A DNA stretch of 64,000 nt from Eledone cirrhosa (taxonomy: Eukaryota): positions 219,170,001 through 219,234,000 of the forward strand of contig OZ024742.1 of NCBI GenBank assembly GCA_964016885.1, given 5' to 3'. Within the stretch, counting starts at the first letter, position 1; every line of letters begins with the position of its first letter. The position numbers and the translations under genes were made by a program. This document shows positions 42,701 through 54,700 of the stretch, in pieces. The notes under the pieces are model-generated. The model saw nothing but the letters and a program-made list of their open reading frames with translations, searched no databases and was not told the DNA's origin.

Positions 42701-45700
42701 GCTAACCAGTCATCAACCAAATTTAGTATGCACCCATGTCCTTACATTCCACCCATCGCCAGCTGAGAGACCCGCTCTACATACACACACCTCCCCCACC
42801 CCAGCCCCCAGTCCACACCGAAAAGTGGTTGTGTTGGTGACATGATAAAAAGCTCCCAGTCCACACTATAAAGTGGTCTTGTTGTCACAACAAAAAGCAC
42901 GTAGTCCACACTGTAAAGTGGTCATCTTGATATCATGATAAAAAGCATCCAGTCCATACTGTAAATGTGATTGGCATTTGTAAGGGCATCCAGCCCTATA
43001 AACCAAGCCAGAAACAGTTCTGTATGAGCAAGACATGGTCATCTGATCTGACTTTTCTCACAACAGGACAACTCATCTAACCTATGAAAAGCATGGAAAA
43101 ATGGACGTTAAACAGTGATGGTGATGATGACGATATGTATTAAATTTTGGAAATTTTCTTTTTCAGAAAGAAGAAGAAAAAGAAAAGCTACTTCAAATGG
43201 AAGAGTACCAAGGTAAGTTCTTAACAACTGGAACCAACAGTATCAACAAAAATTCTATCTGGATAATTCTAAATTAGTATTCTTGTTTGTTAAATAATTA
43301 ATGTATTTACAAGAACATATGAGCAAGACATGATTCTGCAGCCAGTCTAGTCAACTTATCTAACCCTTACCAGACATGGAATGATAATATGATGAAGAAC
43401 ACTTTTTATAAAGTTATCACACACTGTAAATGTGGTTGGTGCTAGGAAGGACATCCAGCCGTAGAAAACCAGCCAGAAACAGTTCTATATGAGCGAGACA
43501 CAGTCACGCGACCCAACTTGCCTCAAGTGGGACAAACCCCGTCTAACCCATGCTAGCATGGAAGATGGACGTTAAACGATGATGATGATGATGATTAAAC
43601 ATATAACAAGATTTATTCAAATTTCTTGAATACTACATTGTCCTAGTTCCTATATAACTACTGCCAGAAATAGGTTGTCTAATTGTCATGATAGGGTAAT
43701 ATTAGTATTACTAATCACCTTTGATAGATATATCATCATCATCATTTTACATCCTTTGTTCCATGCTTGCATGAGTTTGACGGGTCATTCTCAATACAGC
43801 ATCTCTCCACCTGTCGTGTTCCTTTGTCATCTCCGCCATAGGCTTTAGCGATTTTAGATTAGCTCTCACCAAGAAAAGTCAAGCAATTGACTCTAATATT
43901 GGAGGAGAGAAGACTGAGATTGTATGGACATGTGATGCGCATGGAGGATGTCCGCTGGATAAAGAAGTGCCAAGAAATCCCAGTAGAAGGAAGACGCAGT
44001 AGAGGAAGACCACGAAAAACATGAGCGGAGGTGGTGAAAGCAGACCTCAGATCGCTGAAACTCACGGAGGAGATGTCGAAGGACCATGACAAGTGGAGAG
44101 ATGCTGTGCTGAATAGGACCTGCTCCACCCTTGCAAGCAGGGAAAAGCGAACGTAAAATGATGATAATGATTGGAGTATGCCATACCTACAAGAGTTGAC
44201 TGAAAAGTTCATAAGCTGACCAAGATACTCTCATGGAATATTGTAATTCTATTTGAAGTGACAATGGTTTCAACTCAAATTGATTTCAGATTTGAAACTT
44301 CTAGGAGTAATTTGGCTGAGGGCTAACATCAGTAGAATAATTTGCATTCCATTCAGGATATTTGCTGCTTCTTTGGAACCTCATATTTGTCTTCTGATGC
44401 TTCTAAGTGGTTAGTACCTTTAGTGTAATAAATGTAGTTAATTTCTTAACCATGTTAACCTTCTATGTAAAGTAATAGATGTGACCTACATATTTTTACA
44501 TTTGTTGTGAACATCACATATTTGATTAAATGACTTTACAATACAATTTATAAATGTGATTAGTGTTAGGAAGGGTATCCAGCTTTAGAAATCACGCCAG
44601 AAACAGTTCTGTATGAGCAAGACACAGTCACCTGATCTGACTTGTCTCACAATGGAACATCCTGCCTAACCCATGCTAGCATGGAAAATGGACATTAAAT
44701 GATGATAATAAAATATTAAAGAACAGGAAGAAGAAAGGCTCATTATGAACAGTGATGTACAATAGAGTCCAGTTGAACCACCAGTTGACAACACTAATGT
44801 TTTGGTGGGTCGTACAATGTTTCATAAGACCCAGGAAATTTTTCTTAAATTGGTTCTTGTTGGGAAGGACAAAATGATATACATGAGGGTGACATTGTCC
44901 TCTTCTGTCCCCTCTAGTAAGGCAGTAACTAGACTAACAACCTGCCCAATCCATGCAAGTGTGGAAAGTAGATGTAAAATAATGCCATAGATGAATCATA
45001 AGTAAACACTGTTAAAGGCCTCTATAATACCTATTTAGAACACATTTATAGGCTTAAAGATCCTATTGACCACTTAACCCTTTAATGTTCAAACTGGCCA
45101 GAATTCTATACCTCTTTCTGTTGAAACTGGCTGTAACCGGCCACTCAAACTGATGTTAAGGTATTGTTCTCAAAATAAATACTTTCAAAATCTCATAGAT
45201 TCGATATTATGTGAGATAATTATACAAGGTAAAGTCTTTACGATGAAAATATAATAGTATATATAGAGTAATGTGAATGCTAAAGGGTTAAAGTTAGTGG
45301 TTTAGTGATATAGATTCTATTGATCACTTATAGTTAGTGATTTACTGACATATTGATCCCTTATAGTTAGTAAGATGTAGACCCAATTGATCTTTCATAG
45401 TCTGCATTTTTTTTTGTCTAATTTTATCAGATAACCGTTTAACAATTTGCAATTTTACTTCTATCATATCATTACATCCACTAAAAATCCAAATTGTTTG
45501 TGGGGAGTGAAAATACAATTAAAACTGATATATACCATGTTTGAGGGGAATGAAAATACCATTAAAACTGATATACAATATGTTTGAGGGAGTGAAAATA
45601 CCATTAAAACTGATACACACTGTGTTTGAGGGGAGTGAAACTACCATTAAAACTGATATACACCATGTTTGAGGGGAGTGAAAATACCATTAAAATGATA

Positions 45701-48700
45701 TACAACATGCTAGTCAGTTAGTTGTCTACTGCCATCTTCCAATAAGGGAATTCATTTTTGCAATTATGTGTATTTTCTAAAAAAAAATTTGTTGGTGATA
45801 CTTTCTGTTTATTTACTATCTATTATTATACTAGTAAGTATAATTTGCATACTTCATTCAGAGGTAATATAGAGGAATTCAAATTACTGTCTAGCATAGC
45901 TAACTCTCCTCTTGGTTCAAAATAATTGGCTTATAAAAAAATGTAACCTTCATCTTCAAGGATCCATAGTAGATTTTAGAGAGTTTATTTCAGAAAAAAA
46001 AAGATATATCTTAAACTGTTAATTGTTTCAGTTTCTTCTTCATATATATTTTCTGTTCATTTTGTGTACTTTATAGAAACAGCAGAAGATACTCAATTTC
46101 TGTATCTCACGTGTGACTTGCCTGCACCTCCACTTTACCCAGATGACTTACGAGAGAATATCATCCCACAAGTACCTCTGGCTAACATTCTTGCTAAATT
46201 TAATGGCATTACAGAAAAAGAGTATAAAACCTACAAAGATTCTACAATGAAGAGATTCAAAATTTTCAAATTGCCACCTTATATTATCCTCTATGTTAAA
46301 GTAAATATTTAATAATTCATCCTCCTTGCAATTAACTCATCACTGCCATCATTATCATCATCATCTTTTATTCTCATCCTGTTCTAAGCTGAAGGCTCAT
46401 CAGGATGCTACTTATTCTCAGTTTCCTTAGCGCTAAGCAACTGATAGTACAAGACTGTCCTTGGATAGGATGCCGGTCTATTGTAGGTTTAACTCCCCAG
46501 CTACTGCTGAAAATAGCAGGCAAATCTCCCATAAACCACACCCTACTTTCTTAAAAAAGGATACATTGGGCAATTTAATATTAGATATACTGTATCTTAA
46601 AATAAAATTAAAATGATGGAATGTCTTTAGATCCTAGCTTGATCAGAGCTGACCTGTGGTTAAACAGTAATGACTGATCAGATTATGAAATCACTGTATG
46701 TTAGATTGTGCAGTTTTGTTGTTAGCTAAATGCAGTATGTATTATAATACACCCCGTCCCACCACCCCCACCCCATCCACACCGCCCCCTTCTATGTAAA
46801 GTTATGTTGGTGCCACACCATCCAGGCCGAAACAAATGAGATCGTGTAGGTGTCACGACAAAAAAACACACAGTCCACGCTGTAATGTGGCCGTGTAGGT
46901 AACATGGTAAAAACCTCCCAGACCCACACTGTAAATGTGGTTGGTGTTAGGAAGGGCATCCAGCTGTAGAAAACCTGCCAGACAGTCCTATGCGAGCAAG
47001 ACAATCACTCTTGCCTCAAGTGGGAAAACCCCCGTCCAAACCCATGCAAGCGTGGAACACGGACGTTAAACATTGATGATGATGATGAGGATTATGGGAA
47101 GATGGTTGTGACACAGTTTATCACTTAACCAGCTACCTGTGTGTAATAGGACTGTTTGATCGGATCTTGGGCTACAGAGTAACAATTACAATATTAGAAA
47201 TAATAATTGTTTCTACGTTTGGCACAAGGCCAGAAATTACCCAGAGCATTACTGGTACTTTATTTTATCGACCCCGTAAGGATGAAAGGCAAAGTTAACC
47301 TCGGCGGGATTTGAACTCAGACCGTAAAGGGACGTAACTATGCTAGAAAGCATGGCGTCCGACCCTCTACCGATACTGCCAATTCACCAAATAATAATGG
47401 TTTCTTATATAGGCACAAGGCCAGAAATTTTGGGGGCAGGGAAAATCGATTAAATCGACCCCAGTGCATGACTGGTACTTTATTTTATCGACCCCCGTAA
47501 GGATGAAAGACAAAATTAACCTTGGCGAGGTTTGAACCCAGATCATAAAGAGCCGTAACTCTATGCTGCAAAGCATGGCGTCCGACCCTCTACTGATACT
47601 GCCAATCCACCGCCCCCAGAAATAAGGATAATCATCATCATCACCATCGTTTTACGTCCGTTCTTCCACGCTAGCATGGGTTAGATGGGTTGTCCTGTTG
47701 TGGGCAGTGTCTGGTCGGCTGACCTTGTCTTGCTCATACAGGAACTAATTCTGGCTTGATTTCTACAGCTGGATGCCCTTCCTAACACCAACCTCATTTA
47801 CAGTGAGTGCTGGGTGCTTTTTTCCATGGCGCCTCCACGTCCACTTTACAGTGTGGGCTGGGTGCTTTTTTGCCGTGGCACCTCCGCGACCACTTTGCAG
47901 TGGAATGATAGGGACCGCAGTCCTATCATCTCATTTCTACAGCTGAGTAAACTGGAGCAATGTGAAATAAAGTGTCTTGCTCAAGGAAACAACACATCAC
48001 CCAGTTCGAGTATTGAACTCACAACCTTTCGATTGCAAGCCCAATGCTCTAACCACTAAGCCATGTCTATTTCTTGTTTTACTCTATTTTCAGCGATTCA
48101 CTAAAAATTATTTTGTCTCTGAGAAAAACCCAACCATTGTAAACTTTCCTATCAAGTAAGTCACTTTAACTTTCATCTTACTTTTGAGTACATTTCCACT
48201 GAGTTTCTCTTTCTCTCTCTGTCTCTTACTCCCCCCCCCCCTCTCCATTACTTTCATACAAAAGTTTAAAAAATCAAGACATCATTGGGGGGAAGTTCAT
48301 TTAGAATGTTAGTCACACATGTGCCCTCACAGAAGAAAGAGGCATGGAAATGCCTTTATCAGTGTTTGTTGAACATGGAAAATTCATGGGAGAAAGAGGA
48401 CATATCCCAAATAAACAATAGGCACATCATCATCATTTAACGTCTATCTTCTACGTATAGTCATTGAGATACTGAAAATATTTGGCATGGTAGGTTGGTC
48501 ACTAATCATGTGCATAATGAATCAGGTAATAGAGGATAGTAGGACAGTGTCATACTGAATTTCTAGTTCAGCAGTTTTATCCTCTATTACTATAAGGGCA
48601 AATGAGATGTGCTTAAAGAGAAGAAACTGTAGAGGCACCAAGTTAATGGAGGAGCTGTTGGGAAGTGTTATATCTCAACTGATTACAGCCAGAATAAATC

Positions 48701-51700
48701 TAGATGAAATGCAGTCCAATTTTGAGACAACTGCAAAGAATGTTCTTAGCTAGGAGTAAGCCTCTCTACTAGGTGTTAGGTGAACTGGAAAAAGGCTTTT
48801 GACAGGATACCAAGTTCTATAAGCTAGGGGTAGATGAATGTCTTTTGAAGGTTATGCAAACCATATACAGAGGTACAGCTAACAACATGATAGTTAAGTG
48901 TCACAAATTTAGCATGCAGATATCAGTCTTCCAGTCCATATCAAAAGAATTCAAGATCAGTTGTCCATGGGAACTCCTATACACTGATGACTATTCTTAT
49001 AAATGAATCAGTGGTGGCAACACTATGATCATCTCAGCTATTCAACTGCTATTTCTAGCATAATTATATAAGCATCATTACCACTTGTTTTGAGGTAGAA
49101 TTTTATGACTAGATGCCCTTCCTTATAGCAACCCTCACTTGTTTTTTAAGTAATGTATGGTTCTTTGCATGTCTAAAATGTTGAGCAACACGATCTCTAT
49201 TTACATGAAATTATTTTGTTGTTTGTTAATTCTATTTATAGAAATATTGACTTTGGAGATTTACTTACACCTGAAATCCGAGTGAAACATCCTTACACTA
49301 CCTATGATCTTATTGCAAACATTGTTCATGAGGGAGAATCAGGATCTGATAAAGGAACTTATCGAGTACACATTTTACATAAGGTAATTATTTACTGTAT
49401 ACTATAGGTTCTGTTATATCTTGTTAACTATGAAGTGTTGTAATAGGTATGTATGTATGAGAGAGACAGACCGATAGATAGATAGATAGAGTACTACATG
49501 TACTTATATCAGTACCTGCTTCTTGAACAACTATCAGGAACATTTATGTCATTCTACCTGCTAGAAATGACAACCAAATTTCCTTCAAATCACACTGTAG
49601 TGTCTTAAAAATGTGGAGAGCAATGCATCCTCTTTTGGGCAAACCAACAATGTAACCTCTACAAGGTGACTCAAATTGTTAAAGGTAACAGCCAAATTTC
49701 CCTCAAATCACATTCTACTGTCTTTAAAAACCTAACAACTCTATCATGCCCCTGGTCAAGCTAATAAGGGTGCCTCTACATGGGCACTTAACCTACTAGA
49801 TATAACAGCCAACATTTTCTCATATCAAGCAAAACTCTTAAATAAGTATATATTGTCATAGACATAAAAAACCAGTTGATCATGGCTGGAACTTCTTTGA
49901 TCATAGGCCTGCCCAACTAGGTTTGGCTACATCAGCCCATTTGAAACCTATTTTGTATTCTATTGAATAAGACATTCTCATTATAGCAACACTGTTATAC
50001 TAAGGATTAGGTAAAATAAATGGCAATATGAAGATTTATAGTGGAAATGCAACCAAACTATCAATGATAGTAAGTTCTGAACAGAGAACAACATGATGGA
50101 GAACACACATACACTCACAGTGTCACTTAACTGTCAATTTTCATAGATATGATGTCCCTGAATACACACACGCACACATACACTAGCTAGTGTGTTTGTT
50201 CTGGGAATATTAGACAAACCTCACTGAGGACAATGTTGCCAGTCTGGGATTGCTTACATAATCAGTTAGTTGTGCACATGCTACTGCAATAAACAGTTAG
50301 TGCATTAGAAACCACCTGGTCTGGGTAATTATTAATTGTATTAATCCCTTTTGCTTAGTTCCTGTATTGTTGTCTTCCTGCTAAATCTAATGACTCTACC
50401 CTGATTCAAGAATGCCCAATATATGCTGTAATGTAGTTGGCATTAAGAAGGGCATCAAGCTGTAGAAAACAAAAAAATGGATCTTATGAACAAGACTTGG
50501 TTACCTGATATGTCTGACCTCATAACATGCAAGCATGGAAGTGGAAGTTAGGCATTAAATAGTGATGATGACAATGATAATGATTTTTAAATGTTCCCAT
50601 TAATTTTATTTTTCATCACCCCAATATTTTATGAAAATACTCTATTTTCACATTTAATGTTAGTAAATCTTCATTTTTTTTTTTATATATTAAAACACAA
50701 CTTTGTGAATATAAATCATAGTTTTTATTTATTTGTTATTATTATGAATTATAATAATTTCAGGGTACTGGGAAATGGTTTGAACTGCAAGACTTACACG
50801 TTGCTGACATTCTACCTCAAATGATTACTCTCTCTGAAAGTTATATTCAGGTAAGCATAGGTTTCTCTTTACCTTTACAGCCTCCCTTAATCCGTATAGT
50901 TGTGGAAGGAAGCCACAGTTGAGGAAGACCTAGGCAGAGGTGGTGAGAACTGATCTAACATTGTTGAGACTTACTGAAGGAATGATGAAGGAATGCGGCG
51001 AGTGGAGAGATGGTGTACTGAAAAGGACCTGTCCAACCCATGCAACCAGGAAAATAGTCTGGAGCTCTCACAGCCTCATCCAGTCCTCACAATTTGGATT
51101 TATCCCTAACTCCAGCTGTTGTGATCAGCTTATCGAGTTCCTTGAAGACATTACCCGGATCACTGACAGCGGCTCATAGGTGGATGTTGTTTACCTTGAC
51201 TTCGCTAAGGCTTTTAATTCTGTGCCACACAAAAGACTTATGGCGAAACTCTCTGCAATGGGTGTGAAGGATGATTTTTTTAACTGGTTGAAATCCTTCA
51301 TTCTCAGCCGAAAAGAGGTAGTCACGGTTCTAGGACAGCATTCTTCACCATATGAGATCTCATCTGGTGTACCACAGGAATCTGTTCTTGGTCCCCTTTT
51401 GTTTGTGGCATATATTAATGACATAGATGCCAACTTAAAGAATGCCACAGTACTGAAATATGCAGATGACATCAAGCTGTACCTTGAAATCAAAAGGACT
51501 GATCCTGAAATCTACAACTCTTTCCTACAATCAGACCTGGACACAATGCAGCAATGGATCATAGACTGGCAACTGAAGCTGACTGTGGACAAGTGTACCA
51601 CCATGCATTTTGGGAGGAAAAATCCAGCGTCCACATACTCCCTCCACAACACTGATATCAAGAAGTCCTCTTGTGAATGTGACCTGGGCATTACTGTCAA

Positions 51701-54700
51701 CAGCGATTTACGTTGGACAAAGCATGTCTCTAAGATTGTCAAGAAGGCCGAGGGTGTCTTGGCATCACTCAGCAAGACCTTTGTTAGCCGCTCTCCAGCC
51801 ATCTATTTAAAGCTATATACAGCTATGGTACGACCACACTTGGAATTCACATCATCAGTCTGGAACCCCTATCTTGCTCAGAACATTGACCTCCTGGAAA
51901 CTGTTCAGAGACGTGCAACCAAGCGCATACCCTCCATCAGACACCTACCATACTCTGAACGCCTTGCTTCCCTGGGCATGGATTCATTGAAGCTCTGACG
52001 TCTGGCAACGGACTTGGTAAACACCCACAAAGTTATTAACCATCTCGCCAACAACAACCCTGAGCACCTTTTTGATCTCCATGTGTCTAACACACGTGGA
52101 CATACCTACAAAATCAGAAAACAACACAGCTCCCATGACTTTCGGAAACATTTTTTCACGCTTAGAATTGTTGAAGCATGGAACAAACTGCCTGCGTCAG
52201 TTGTTAGCTGCCGAGACTCTGCATCCTTTAAAACCCTCATACTTCCTGAAGTTCGCCAAAACTACACCTGATGTACCCATTCCATACACATGCACACATG
52301 TGTATATCATGACTCATGCACTGTTCATTTTCCTGATGTTTGTACATTACCCTATGTACTATACATACACTTTTGATGATGAGTTATAGTGCACCTGAGC
52401 ACTGTACACAATATTTTCATTATTATTATTCATCCTTACGGGGTTGATAAAATAAAGTACCAGTAATGCACTGGGTAATTGCTGGCCTTGTGCCTAAAGT
52501 AGAAACAATTATTATTATTATTTTTAAAAACGACTATGATGATGATGATGATCCTCTAAATCTATTTTGATTGGTGTGATCTTCATGAGATGATAATGAT
52601 CCTGTGAATTATTACCTTGAGTTTAGAAATAAAGGTTCTTAGTTCAATCCATTCTGGAGCTAGGTATTCATACAGGATAAAACACATCATGATGGGTGTT
52701 TTCCAGAACAGCATCCCTCCATATGCTGTGGTCTTTTGTCATCTCATCTATGCCTAGTTTCCTTAGGGACCTCTAGACAACAGATTGTAGCACTCTGTTA
52801 AAGGCCTTCTTTAGATCAACAAATGCTAAATGTAGTGACTCACACTCACCTGGGAACTTCTCTTGCAGTTGTCTCACTAGGCATCTGTGGTGCTCCTTCC
52901 TGGCATAAAACCAATCTGTAAATCATCTAATTTGACTGCTTCCCTAATTAGCTATGCTGAAACTCTTTCTGTTACTTTCATAACATGGCCCATCAGTTTT
53001 ATGCCCTTGTAGTTGCTCCTTTCTAATATATCACCTTTTCCTGTGTAACAATTAGAGGTAGGCTTTGTATGTAACAGATGCACAGGGATAGTTGATCGTA
53101 AAAGTATCAGTAAATAAAAATTTTTCCATCAGAGGAAGGATCAATGGAATTGATTGATAGATTCTGCTACTTAGTTGATCTAATTAGCAGTAAAGGAGAT
53201 TGCTAAGAGAGCATAGTAGCTAGAATAAGAACAGGATGGAAAAAGTTCAGGGAACTACTACCTCTGTTGACAACAAAAATGTTCTCTTTATTAAACAGAG
53301 GCCGGCTGTTTGATGCATGTGTGCAAGGAGATATGGACAGAGAATACGAAGGTTAGAGAGAAATGAAGAGAGCATTCTTTAATCGATGTGCAACAATAAT
53401 GTGCATGACTAAGCATTGATGAGCTGAGAGAAAAGTTGGGAATCAGATGTAGCATGCAGGAGAGAAGGCTGTGCTGGTATGGATGATGATCATTAGATGA
53501 AGTGCCAAGAAATCCCAGTGAAACAAAGCTACAGTAGAGGGAAAGCAAGGAAGATTTGGGCTGAGGTTATGAGAGCTGATCTGCAGTCACTAAAGCTCAC
53601 AGTTGAGATGATGAATGACTGCAACAAATGGAGAAACTGTACTTGAAAAAAACCCATACAAGCATGGAAAAATGGATGTAAAACGATGATGATGACTGCT
53701 GTGCCAGTCAGTCAGTAGGTATGACACCATCATGTATTACCTGATTGATTATATGGGTGATTAATTCAACACACACTTCCCCAGATTTCAGCTTCTATCT
53801 CTGATGGACTGACAGCTTTATCATTTTTCATCTCCTTGATCTCTCTGCTGGGTCAACTGAGGGGGAGGGGGTAGTCTTTCTTCCTCCCTCCCTCTCATTC
53901 TTCACATTTATCAGCCTCACATAATAGCATTTTCAAGCTTTTTTTCTTTTCAGCATCAGTTATGCTAAGTGTCATTTTGAACTCACTTTTGCCCAACTAC
54001 ATCCTGATTCACACTGACACACTGCTTTGTGATATGGAGCACCTCACATCGCAAAACATTAGCAAACCTCTTCTTTTCAGCTTCTTTGCATGTTTATGTA
54101 TACCTGTCATCTAGCTTCTCTTTTAGATACTTGGTACTGATCTTTGCTGCCTCCATTTTTTTTCCAGTCTTTCCACACATCTCTTGGCTTTCATAGCTCT
54201 ATTCATAGTGCTGTTCCACCAAGTCAGCATCTGTTTGGTTGGTGTTTGCTCCAACAACAACTTTCATTTGTAGCTTGCAGTAGGCTGTCTTATAAAAACT
54301 TCCAATTGTCCTCTATGACACAGGGTAGAGAGAATTCTTCATTCCTGTCAAACAACTCCTCTAGTGCAGGTGGCGCCCAGTCCATACTCTAAGGTGGCTG
54401 GTGGCAGGAAGGGCTAAAAATTAAGGAAAGTACAACAAATAACATTCATGCAAATTGTATATATAAGACTAACACTAATCATGTTAATGTTGCATATGGT
54501 AGTTGGGTGGCTAACCTAACGATATGTGAAAAACCTTCAGGTACAGAAAGCTACTATGAAAGGACAACACTACTACCACTGTCAGGTAACACATCTGGCT
54601 GCCACTCTTAATGTTGACACACTGAAAGGTGGATCTAGCAAAATTGTAGAGATGCTCAAGAGGATATGAGTGGATGTATGTTGTGTTCAAGAGGTGAAAT

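Noticed and set aside
45495-45709. CRISPR-like regular repeat
   Set aside because: The units are contiguous with no unique spacers, the context is a eukaryotic intron, and there are no cas genes.
49550-49830. Three degenerate direct repeats in intron 12
   Set aside because: They are fragments of a common dispersed repeat also seen at ~3975, 13520, 37575 and 46500.
51180-51998. 272-aa RT ORF as a host gene or retron-like system
   Set aside because: It is a segment of a 5'-truncated CR1 LINE bounded by nonsense mutations.
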